Assembly: GCA_012959275.1 (NCBI GenBank)
Contig: DUDM01000050.1
Span: 9,485-73,484, forward strand
Origin: Candidatus Poseidoniales archaeon
GTDB taxonomy: Archaea > Thermoplasmatota > Poseidoniia > Poseidoniales > Poseidoniaceae
Direction: 5' to 3'
Length of the DNA: 64,000 bases
A program made the position numbers and the translations under genes. Below, piece by piece: positions 54,303 to 62,736 of the stretch; the first letter of the stretch is position 1, and every line of letters begins with the position of its first letter. Below the pieces are notes generated by a model that saw only the letters and a program-made list of their open reading frames with translations, was not told the origin of the DNA and did no database searches.

Positions 54303-55283
54303 ATGTCCGGAAGTGCAGCTGATGACCTACAACATCCTCGGAGGAACCTTGGCAATCGATTTCGTTCACAAGCCGAGAAGTTCGTGAAATTAGTTAGAAA
54401 AGACCCGACAAGAAAGGAGCAAAACTTAGCGTGGGCCGAACAAAACGCCCAACAAGCATTGTTGCATGATTTTACCGATGAGCGGAATTGGTTAACGCTA
54501 ATTCACATAAAGAAATTGAGAGGTGATGCAGACGGCATCCATAGATGCTTGGAGGATTTATTCACTGTTTTGGGCAGAGACCCTGAAAGAGTTGATGATT
54601 TAGCAGAATTAAATTTCTTGGAATTGGGTCATGATTTGATGAGTGCGACCTTGCTTGTAGACCCATTAAACCCAGACAAGTGGTGGCAGAAAACCCAAGA
54701 AAAGCAAAACTTGCAAGACTTTGCTGACCGTTGCAAGCGCTTAGATTTTAGAGACCAAAGAGCCAATATCACCCATGGCCGAAGAATGCAAAAATTGAGA
54801 GAAGACGGACAGGTTGAATTATTCATTGATTTGGTTCAACATCTTTTAGCCCACCGTCCTGCAAATTTTGAATTATGGCTGCAACTTGGAAGGCTGCATG
54901 AAGGCAGAAAAGAAGTGGATGAAGCTTGGCTTTGTTATGACCATGTTCAGGCCTTGAGACCGCGCAGTGAAGAGCGTGATAAATATCTCAAGCGGTTGAC
55001 TGAAAGAATGGATTCAGCAATAGGTTGGAAAGGGCCTGATGCTGATGCAAAAACCTCATTCCTAAAGCGTATGGAAAAATTAGCCAGAAAAATTTCAACA
55101 CCAACTCCCGATGCGAAATCAGAGGCGGATGTTGTGGAAGTAGAATCTGAAGAATCAAAACTTCAAGCATTATTATCAGCAGGCGATGCGGAAGAGGCAT
55201 TCTTCATGGCAAGAGGCCTGTTGGCAATAGGCGAGTCGTGGGCTTCTGAATACATGGATAAGGCTCGAGAAATGCTCAACTAA
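54303..55283 (+). CDS. TPR-like helical repeat protein
   Basis: ELWLQLGRLHEGRKEVDEAWLCYDHVQALRP is a TPR-like motif. AGGTGG lies 6 nt upstream of ATG 54303. Confidence 0.5.
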   Translation: MSGSAADDLQHPRRNLGNRFRSQAEKFVKLVRKDPTRKEQNLAWAEQNAQQALLHDFTDERNWLTLIHIKKLRGDADGIHRCLEDLFTVLGRDPERVDDLAELNFLELGHDLMSATLLVDPLNPDKWWQKTQEKQNLQDFADRCKRLDFRDQRANITHGRRMQKLREDGQVELFIDLVQHLLAHRPANFELWLQLGRLHEGRKEVDEAWLCYDHVQALRPRSEERDKYLKRLTERMDSAIGWKGPDADAKTSFLKRMEKLARKISTPTPDAKSEADVVEVESEESKLQALLSAGDAEEAFFMARGLLAIGESWASEYMDKAREMLN

Positions 55284-56214
55284 GGCCAGTTAATTCCTTG
55301 AACCTTTGTTGCCATCTATCATTAGCAGTTGCCGTAAAAAATCCAGAAGCAAGCAAGGGGTCCTCAATTCTTTCAACTTCGATCCAATCCAATTGCTCAA
55401 CTCTATCTAATGCAGTTGCTGCAAGAAGTAGCCCTCTAAGGTCTGGGCGGTCAGGCCCTTCTAATGCCGGCCTTAATTCCAAACATCGATTGAAAATTTC
55501 ATCAACATCTTGTATAGTTTTGCTCATACCCATGACATCATCTCCCATTTCTTGGGCACTTAATCCTAAAAATAAGGTCATCGCTTGCCATTGCAATTCG
55601 ATGATTTCGCAAGTATCAGCATGACTAATTGCATTCCATGCATTCCTTGTCGCATCCTTAAATTGCTCCATTGAAGCGAGTATTCTGCTGGCTCCAAGTC
55701 TGGAGAAAACGAGTGTCTCGGCAGCGTGATCATCCTCAACCGATATCTCCCCATAGGTATGCAAGGCCATCATCGGCTCGTTGGTAGAGAGGTGAAAAGA
55801 TGCTTTGTTCAATAGTGCTAAATCATGATTTCGACCTGCCTTTGCTACCGACTTTAACCTAGTTTCAGCCCAAGTTAGGTCTTCATTAGCCCCTTCTATA
55901 TTTCCTGAAATAAATCTTTCAAGGCCTCGTTCCATGCGGGCTCGACCTTCTAGTTCCAAGTCGCGCGTATCTTTAGATGAACAAATTGAAAGGGATAATT
56001 CAATCATTGGTAGTACATCGGACTGAGAAACTCTTGCTTCGGTTATTGCCAGTATCGATGCTTGGGCAGGTGTCAATTCCGAACTTAGTGTCTTCAGGGA
56101 TTGTTCATCTCCTTCACCTAATGCCGTCTCGGCTAAACAAAGAACGGAGAATTTAGAATCTTCATGTTGTTTGCTTTCTCGAAATGATTGCAGAAAGTCA
56201 CCAGGAGTTCTCAT
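55276..56214 (-). CDS. Hypothetical helical-repeat protein, last gene of the exosome superoperon
   Basis: ATGA overlap with the upstream DHH gene. The sequence appears all-helical and no catalytic motif was recognised. Confidence 0.5.
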   Translation of the reverse strand: MRTPGDFLQSFRESKQHEDSKFSVLCLAETALGEGDEQSLKTLSSELTPAQASILAITEARVSQSDVLPMIELSLSICSSKDTRDLELEGRARMERGLERFISGNIEGANEDLTWAETRLKSVAKAGRNHDLALLNKASFHLSTNEPMMALHTYGEISVEDDHAAETLVFSRLGASRILASMEQFKDATRNAWNAISHADTCEIIELQWQAMTLFLGLSAQEMGDDVMGMSKTIQDVDEIFNRCLELRPALEGPDRPDLRGLLLAATALDRVEQLDWIEVERIEDPLLASGFFTATANDRWQQRFKELTGLS

Positions 56215-57203
56215 TTCCTTTCAACTCCGGCTAAAGCATGAATGAATGCGGATTCAATTGCCATCAGGTCAAGAGTGCAACTCCACCCTGCTGCTCCATC
56301 GTGTCCGCCTCCCTCTCCGCCATGTGTGCTCGCTAAGGTGCTGAGGATATTGCCAACATGTACTCCAGCCAAAACCGCACCGCGACTAGCCCTGGCAGTT
56401 AGGCGACTGATTCCCTCACGCCTGCGCATACAGATTGCAACATCAGCCCCTGCCGACATCAAGGCTCGACAAACAACACTTTCTTGGGTTCCAGCACTAC
56501 TTTTCAATAACCACCATGGTCCAGCATCGATCCCATCACTACGTCCCAAAGATTTGGAGATAGCACCCTTGTCTGAACGCGTTAAAATATCTTCTTCGAA
56601 CTCTTCAATAAAATCAGCATAGTCGATGATTCCATCACCTAAAATCTGTGAAGCACTTTCAAATGAACTGGCATCTGCATGGCGAAACCTCCCTGTATCG
56701 GCTATTAGTCCAGCAAGTAATAATCTCCTTACTTTGTTTGTTAACACATCTTGTTTATGCTTTGATAAATATTGATGGATGATTTGAGTGGTGGCAGAAA
56801 CCGGCCACAACAATTGTATATCTCCATCTTCTAAACTCCAATTTGAAGTTGAATGATGGTCGATAATACAACGTGGTACATCTCTGGGCAATTCCAATCC
56901 GGTCTGATCTTCAGCAGCGCTATCGACCACCACAATACCGGCTAGTTTTTTAGGCCAGCGTGGAGATTGGGCATCCAAATGGAGAAAAGGAGCATCCAAT
57001 TTTTCCAATAACCGTCTCGCTAATTTGCAAATATGCACTCCGCAAGCCATCGCTTCTGGCCTTGATGCTGCCAAGGAGATTGCCGAACCAATAGTGTCCA
57101 TATCACCATTCTTATGTGCAACAATTGCTATCGCACCCTTAGATGCTGCATTAGTTAACCAGTCATCAAGTTTTGACAACTGCATATCTTGAGAATCACT
57201 CAC
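56211..57203 (-). CDS. DHH/DHHA1 phosphoesterase (NrnA/RecJ-like)
   Basis: Motifs HKNGDMDTIGS, VVVDSA, IIDHH, GLIADTGRF and DHHA1 GGGHDGAAG. GTG start at 57203, or ATG at 57185. Confidence 0.8.
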   Translation of the reverse strand: MSDSQDMQLSKLDDWLTNAASKGAIAIVAHKNGDMDTIGSAISLAASRPEAMACGVHICKLARRLLEKLDAPFLHLDAQSPRWPKKLAGIVVVDSAAEDQTGLELPRDVPRCIIDHHSTSNWSLEDGDIQLLWPVSATTQIIHQYLSKHKQDVLTNKVRRLLLAGLIADTGRFRHADASSFESASQILGDGIIDYADFIEEFEEDILTRSDKGAISKSLGRSDGIDAGPWWLLKSSAGTQESVVCRALMSAGADVAICMRRREGISRLTARASRGAVLAGVHVGNILSTLASTHGGEGGGHDGAAGWSCTLDLMAIESAFIHALAGVERK

Positions 57204-57514
57204 TTAGATACCTCAAGTTTCTTGACTAAAGTCTCATATAAATCTCTTAATTCTTTTTCTCTTTCTACTAAGTGCTGAACATGGCTTTGGAATTTTTCTA
57301 ATCCTTCTTTTAATTCTTCAACTAATGCTACTTTATCATCAACTTGAACGAGGATTCCACCACTTTGTTTGAACAAGGAATTACCGTCTTGGTGAGTGCC
57401 CAAAAGAATGAGGGTGTTTTCCATCTCGCGGATTTGATTCGATATCGAACCTGCTTGTTGGGCAATCAATTGCAATTCCTGAACCGTTTCTTGAAGTTGA
57501 GTGCTGGCATCCAT
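57200..57514 (-). CDS. pfdB: Prefoldin beta subunit
   Basis: 104 aa with a coil / beta-hairpin (LFKQSGGILVQVD) / coil architecture, in the conserved position within the exosome superoperon. Confidence 0.8.
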   Translation of the reverse strand: MDASTQLQETVQELQLIAQQAGSISNQIREMENTLILLGTHQDGNSLFKQSGGILVQVDDKVALVEELKEGLEKFQSHVQHLVEREKELRDLYETLVKKLEVSK

Positions 57515-57549
57515 ATTCGCTCACCTATTGATTCGTAAGTGGTTGGCAT

Positions 57550-57804
57550 TCAAGAATTATGCCCCTTCAGTAAATTGATTGCGGATTCAGATGCTTCAAT
57601 ACCGCGCATCCTTGTATTCCACATTGCTCTCAAATCGGCAGGGTTTTTTTCAGTTATATTAAAACTCAATTTTCCCTCTTCAAGGTTTGAATCTATTTCC
57701 GTCGAAAGGGATGCCTGAAGAGCAGTTACATCAGTGGATTCGAGGGATACTTGAACTAACCAAGAGGGCATAGAAGCACCTCCATAATTAGGCAATATTC
57801 TCAC
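57550..57804 (-). CDS. pcc1: Pcc1-like KEOPS subunit (tentative)
   Basis: About 80 aa. LSFNITEKNPADLRAMWNTRMRGIEAS fits the Pcc1 pattern (l.i.i.a.d...LRA.lNs.lR). The gene sits next to prefoldin beta, as in other archaea. GTG start, or ATG at 57771. Confidence 0.5.
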   Translation of the reverse strand: MRILPNYGGASMPSWLVQVSLESTDVTALQASLSTEIDSNLEEGKLSFNITEKNPADLRAMWNTRMRGIEASESAINLLKGHNS

Positions 57805-58160
57805 TCTTCTTCAGAGATTTCGCCTTCAGCTATTGCTCGCTCGTAATCGATTGCTTTTTGCTGTGCGATTAATGCCATGTCGGATGACGATGCGCCATCG
57901 ACTGAACGACGGATGATTCTGTTATTTGCATCTGAAGCACGAGTGAATGGTTCCCATGCTCCTCCAGCAAAGGAGTGGCTACACTTTCCACAATTCCAGA
58001 TTCCTACTGCACCACGGGTGACCTTCGGGTATTGGCAAACTGGACACATGTATTTCTTGGATTTCTTGCGAAGTACCTTGGCTGCATTTCGGCGAACACT
58101 AACACCATAGCGTGGACCAAATCTTGCAGCAACACCGACTTTTTGGGTTCTCTTTGCCAT
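57801..58160 (-). CDS. rpl37ae: Ribosomal protein eL43 (L37Ae) with a C-terminal extension
   Basis: MAKRTQKVGVAARFGPRYG...CPVC...CGKC zinc ribbon. AAGGAGG lies 7 nt upstream of the ATG. An extra tail of about 40 aa ends in EGEISEEE. Confidence 0.9.
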   Translation of the reverse strand: MAKRTQKVGVAARFGPRYGVSVRRNAAKVLRKKSKKYMCPVCQYPKVTRGAVGIWNCGKCSHSFAGGAWEPFTRASDANNRIIRRSVDGASSSDMALIAQQKAIDYERAIAEGEISEEE

Positions 58161-58162
58161 TT

Positions 58163-58945
58163 TCAAGCCTCCTTGGAGTAGATGAGTTCTCTCAATTCAG
58201 CGCACCTGACGCCTGCTTGAGCGAGTATCTCAGCAAATTCTTCCGGCATGAGAACTCCCTTTAATCCCTTCTGAAGGGAATGAAGATGGCCTTCATCACC
58301 TAAGGTGATGTGGACTCTTTCGTCTCCGCCTAGTTCTTCAGCCTCATTTGCATCGTAAACATAGCGCCCACCTACTCTTGTGAATGAACACATGACAGGG
58401 GTAGACTTTAGTTCTAGTTTGAAATCTTCTCCAACATCGAATCTCTTTGCTGGTACAGTCGCAGTTCTCAATGCAGCGATTGCTGCAGTTGCACACGCAT
58501 CGAAGATATTTCCTCCGTCAGATAGGACATGAAGGTCTATCATGACCCTCCATACGCTCTCACCAGGGACGATACATAGCGATTCCATGTCCATACATCC
58601 GCTCTCACGGATTCCACGGTCAACTACTCTACCCAACTCGATTGATTCTGGACTTGGTGGCCCAGGTTCGTACTTTCTGTGAGCAACTGGGCGTAATTCT
58701 GCTCCAGTCATCAGTGAACCACTAGTTGGGCGGTCTGAATAAGGGGCCGCAGTATCAAATTTGACACCTACATAGACGATTGTATCGCCCATCACGACTT
58801 TTGCACTTCCTTCTGCATTATAGAGGATGTCAACTTCTAATTCAACATCGCGACCTTGCCAGCGGCTTCGCCCGTCGATGCGCTCATCATTGGCAGCCAA
58901 TTCAGCCAGTTGTTGGCGGAGTAATTGAGGGACTAATTGTACCAT
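58163..58945 (-). CDS. rrp42: Exosome complex component Rrp42
   Basis: RIDGRSRWQGRDVELEV...EGSAKV is an RNase PH fold lacking catalytic residues. ATGA overlap with rrp41. Confidence 0.88.
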   Translation of the reverse strand: MVQLVPQLLRQQLAELAANDERIDGRSRWQGRDVELEVDILYNAEGSAKVVMGDTIVYVGVKFDTAAPYSDRPTSGSLMTGAELRPVAHRKYEPGPPSPESIELGRVVDRGIRESGCMDMESLCIVPGESVWRVMIDLHVLSDGGNIFDACATAAIAALRTATVPAKRFDVGEDFKLELKSTPVMCSFTRVGGRYVYDANEAEELGGDERVHITLGDEGHLHSLQKGLKGVLMPEEFAEILAQAGVRCAELRELIYSKEA

Positions 58946-59676
58946 CAAGCATCACCTCTACTTGCACTATCCAACAATGCTTGTTTCATCAACTCATGAA
59001 TCTCGCTGGCTGCTTTGTAGTTGTATTCACATGCTAAGTTGTATTCCTCAACTGAGAGGTCTCCATCCATTTGTAAGAATGCCATTTCTCCTGTATTTGG
59101 CAGGATCCCCATGGGTAGGTCTGCCTGACCATAGTTATCTTCTGCTTTATCCAAGTCCAAAACTACTACACCCTCGATTTTTCCGCTGGCTACTCCAACG
59201 ATCATGTCGCGCATGGGTATTCCAGCATCTGCAAGAGCAACTGATGCTGCGGTGATTCCAACACAACGGGTGCCAGCCTCTGCAGCAAGGATCTCGATTT
59301 CGACTCGTATTTTTGAGCGGGGGTATCTCTCGACCAATACAACGCTCTCCAATGCCTCAGCAGTTACTTTGCTAATTTCACGACTTCTGCGGTTGAATCC
59401 AGGTCGAATTCTGTCTGAAGTAGAGAAGGGAGCCATATTGTAACGGACATCAATGACCGCACGGTCTTGGCGTTGAATCTTTCTTGGGTGAGCTTCCATT
59501 GGCCCATAAACTGCTGCAACTGCAACGTTTAGTCCATGCTTGACCCATGCGGAGCCATCAGCTACTGGAAGAACACCAGCCTTGATTTCAACAGGCCTCA
59601 TTTCATCGACAGCCCTGCCATCAAGTCTTGTTCCATCATCATTTAATAATTTGATATCGCCATATCCACCCATCAT
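58945..59676 (-). CDS. rrp41: Exosome complex exonuclease Rrp41
   Basis: RLDGRAVDEMRPVEIKAGVL..ADGSA and the active-site region RSREISK are RNase PH features. Confidence 0.9.
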   Translation of the reverse strand: MMGGYGDIKLLNDDGTRLDGRAVDEMRPVEIKAGVLPVADGSAWVKHGLNVAVAAVYGPMEAHPRKIQRQDRAVIDVRYNMAPFSTSDRIRPGFNRRSREISKVTAEALESVVLVERYPRSKIRVEIEILAAEAGTRCVGITAASVALADAGIPMRDMIVGVASGKIEGVVVLDLDKAEDNYGQADLPMGILPNTGEMAFLQMDGDLSVEEYNLACEYNYKAASEIHELMKQALLDSASRGDA

Positions 59677-60353
59677 TCATCATCTCCTAGTATACCGTTC
59701 AAACGAGAGTGCAAGCCAGGCGCATGGCCGGTTTCTTCAATCATCTGGAGTGCTTTACGAGCAATAGCAATTCCTTTGCTATTACCATCAATCAGGATGC
59801 GACCATTCTGAGTATTGATAATTCTACAATCGCTTGCGGCTTTGAGGCGTTGCAGGGTGCGACCATTAGAGCCGATAACAAGCCCCATCAAATGTGGGGG
59901 CATCTCGAAAATCACTCCTTCCTTTATTTTGCGTAAGCCGACACCTTTCATGGTTGCAACAACTGAATGGGTTTCATCAACTTCCATGACCCTTGCAAGA
60001 ACCGCATCGCCGTAGCCCATATGCTCACGAGCCGCTCCGAATTCAACCTTCCAAGGTGCTAGGCTCATAGGTAGGAGGGCATTGAAAGGACCTCCTACAT
60101 CCAAGAACCATAAATTGTTCATGACTGCCTCGACGTAGCCGATAACAAGGTCTCCTGACCTTGGCAGATATTTCGTGAAGGTTGGAACAACATGGGCGAC
60201 ATCGCCACCAATTTTCAGTTCTCCCAACTTCGTTGCTACGAGGCTATCACCTCGCTTACAGACACCACTTCCTGGCTGCGTACCTGGGGGGGCATCTATC
60301 TGGTCCCCAGGAACGACAAGGCGCAGCTCGGCGCCTCCATCATTAGAGTTCAT
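59673..60353 (-). CDS. rrp4: Exosome RNA-binding subunit Rrp4 (S1 plus KH)
   Basis: PGDxI N-terminal domain, S1 domain (GDLVIGYVEAVMNNLWFLDVG) and KH domain (LVIGSNGRTLQRL). Confidence 0.88.
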   Translation of the reverse strand: MNSNDGGAELRLVVPGDQIDAPPGTQPGSGVCKRGDSLVATKLGELKIGGDVAHVVPTFTKYLPRSGDLVIGYVEAVMNNLWFLDVGGPFNALLPMSLAPWKVEFGAAREHMGYGDAVLARVMEVDETHSVVATMKGVGLRKIKEGVIFEMPPHLMGLVIGSNGRTLQRLKAASDCRIINTQNGRILIDGNSKGIAIARKALQMIEETGHAPGLHSRLNGILGDDE

Positions 60354-60444
60354 TCTCTTTCCTCCGAGGCGGGCGACCGGTGGTCCTTATTTGAAGGCGT
60401 CCGTCAAGCAGCGTACTATTCCACCAACTGTTTGAGATTTTATA

Positions 60445-61131
60445 TCAGAGGTCCTTGACTTCTAAATCAGGTGCCCTTCGCGCTACTTGGGAAATCATTT
60501 CTGCCTTCATTGCACATGGTATTTCAATGATACAAACCCAGTCTCCATTACTCATCCATTGCTCCTTTTTCTGGTGTTGGCGCAATAATTGGGATACTGA
60601 ACCGTAGGCCGAGCCAGGTATTTTGAATGCCAATCTAATAGACTCGAATGAGAGTGCAAGTAATGGGCGCAACTTTTCAATGACTTCCTTTACTTGAACA
60701 TCAACCTTTTTGAATGGGTCAACAGAAAATCTACATTCATCCATTGCAATTTCTATTCGCGAAGCAGGATGGGGTAGTTTGCTGCGCGGGTCGACAGCAG
60801 TACTGGCAATGTTGTGGATAATCGCTTGGCGTTTCAATTCCACCATCTTTTTCCTTTGATCGGTGGTAAGTTGGATGTTTCCTTTATTCAAGATGATAAC
60901 TGCGATTTGCTTAATATCTTGAGTTTCAAAGGTGCTTTCAATGGCTTCAGAGGTGGGCCTTTCTCCACCTTTTGCATCGTGAAAGACCTCATCGGTTGCA
61001 AGTAAATCATCAAGTTCTACTGAGTCAGGGTCCTTTTTGAATTGGTCTACCAAGTCAGGGTCAACGAGAATTTCATAGCGCTTTCCACCTTTTTCCAAGC
61101 GTGCAAGAATCGCCGCATCTAGACTGACCAT
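60445..61131 (-). CDS. SBDS/Sdo1 ribosome maturation protein
   Basis: ARLEKGGKRYEILVDP matches the SBDS N-terminal FYSH domain. The length of 228 aa fits, and GGAGG lies upstream of the ATG. Confidence 0.85.
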   Translation of the reverse strand: MVSLDAAILARLEKGGKRYEILVDPDLVDQFKKDPDSVELDDLLATDEVFHDAKGGERPTSEAIESTFETQDIKQIAVIILNKGNIQLTTDQRKKMVELKRQAIIHNIASTAVDPRSKLPHPASRIEIAMDECRFSVDPFKKVDVQVKEVIEKLRPLLALSFESIRLAFKIPGSAYGSVSQLLRQHQKKEQWMSNGDWVCIIEIPCAMKAEMISQVARRAPDLEVKDL

Positions 61132-61182
61132 CTTAGTCCTCCGGCTTCAAAGAGAAGGAGGGGGGTGATTGTTGTTTGCTAT

Positions 61183-61917
61183 TCATTCCTCGAGGGGCTT
61201 GAGTTTTGCTAAGTGGGCTTTGACATCATCGCGACCAAGTGTTTCATAGCCTGTGCTGTCGATAATCGAAATTTCAACCGCTTCAGTATTGAGTTCGGCG
61301 TCGAGGCTGATGCGGAGTGCTTCTAAGCCCATCTTAATGGCTGCATTTTTGGTCATATTCGCCTTCCACTTATTCTCAAAGTGGTCGATGGCAGCATTAC
61401 GGCCAGAGCCTATCGCACCAGCGTGGTAGGATTGGTAAGCGCCGCTTGGATCGGTTTCAAACAAGTGTACTCCATTGTGGTCAACACCGCCGATTAGCAA
61501 GGCTGTGCCAAATGGCCGACTGCCTCCGTATTGGGTAAATGATTGCTTGAAGTCGCAGATTTTTTTGGCTAAAATATCAACTGGGATTTTATCGTTGTAG
61601 GTGATTTGGTTGACTTGGCATTCGACGCGAGCGCGGTCAACAAGTTGGCGGCCATCGGCAACTAAGCCGCTTGTTGCGAATCCAATATGATCATCTATTT
61701 TGAATAGTTTTTCGATGCTTTCTGGGATTATTAGCCGGCTTGCGATTCGCTTATCACAAACTAAGATGATTCCATCTTTGAACTTTAAACCTGCTGTAGT
61801 TGTCCCGCGCTTTACGGATTCACGAGCATATTCAACCTGGAATAGACGTCCGTCAGGGCTGAAAGTTGTGATTCCATGGTCATATCCTCTTCCACTCGGT
61901 TGCATCCTGATACCCAT
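61183..61917 (-). CDS. psmA: Proteasome alpha subunit
   Basis: GYDHGITTFSPDGRLFQVEYA signature. The 277-aa ORF begins with TTG, so ATG 61917 was chosen (alternative 61905), with GAGGAGG just upstream. Confidence 0.9.
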   Translation of the reverse strand: MGIRMQPSGRGYDHGITTFSPDGRLFQVEYARESVKRGTTTAGLKFKDGIILVCDKRIASRLIIPESIEKLFKIDDHIGFATSGLVADGRQLVDRARVECQVNQITYNDKIPVDILAKKICDFKQSFTQYGGSRPFGTALLIGGVDHNGVHLFETDPSGAYQSYHAGAIGSGRNAAIDHFENKWKANMTKNAAIKMGLEALRISLDAELNTEAVEISIIDSTGYETLGRDDVKAHLAKLKPLEE

Positions 61918-62018
61918 TCCCTCCTCGTCGAGCGGGGTCTTATCAACCTTCGCGGATGGAGTTGTTGTCAATTCTCGTTTGATAGATTGCTTTTTGGCTT
62001 GAATTGCTTGGGCCAAGC

Positions 62019-62687
62019 ATGCGAGTCGTTATTCTCTCCTCAGGTGGAAAAGACTCGTCATTGGCAACTTGGTGGGCGATATGTCAGGGCTGGGATGTTT
62101 TTGCCATAATCAATGTACAGGTCAAATCTGATGATTCTTGGATGTTCCAAATTCCAGCAACTGAAATTAGCACACTACAAGCAACGGCCGCTGGAATTCC
62201 TCATCACATCATCGAGGTTAGTGGTGAAGCAGAAGTAGAAGTTGACGAATTATTAAACGGATTAAATGCAATATGCCAAAATGTGGATGGATTGGTTAGC
62301 GGTGCATTACGCTCAGAATATCAAAGGCGCCGAATAGATTTCGTTTGTGAGGAGTTAGGGATTCATTCATTCTCTCCCCTTTGGCACCAAAATTCTACAA
62401 GTCATATGGAGGAATTAATTTCTTGTGGAATGCAGATGGTTATGGTTAGCGTTTCTTGTGAAGGGTTGGATGAAAAGTGGTTGGGAAGGGAGATTGATGA
62501 AGTAGCATTCAAAGAATTGCAACAACTCTCTCTGAAACATCGGTTTAATGTCGATGGAGAGGGTGGTGAATTCGAAACAATTGTTCTTGCAGGACCCCAT
62601 ATGGAGGGCAAGATTGAGTATGATTCAACAAAGCATTGGAATGGCAATAGAGGTCATCTCAGTATTGATTCCATGACTTTGAATTGA
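62019..62687 (+). CDS. PP-loop ATP pyrophosphatase of the Dph6/MJ0570 family (diphthine--ammonia ligase-like)
   Basis: MRVVILSSGGKDS PP-loop, an EGGEFET motif, and about 220 aa. Confidence 0.72.
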   Translation: MRVVILSSGGKDSSLATWWAICQGWDVFAIINVQVKSDDSWMFQIPATEISTLQATAAGIPHHIIEVSGEAEVEVDELLNGLNAICQNVDGLVSGALRSEYQRRRIDFVCEELGIHSFSPLWHQNSTSHMEELISCGMQMVMVSVSCEGLDEKWLGREIDEVAFKELQQLSLKHRFNVDGEGGEFETIVLAGPHMEGKIEYDSTKHWNGNRGHLSIDSMTLN

Positions 62688-62736
62688 TTTGCTTCATGCA
62701 AAATGATGATGAGGTCAAGCCGCTGGCGTTTATTTC

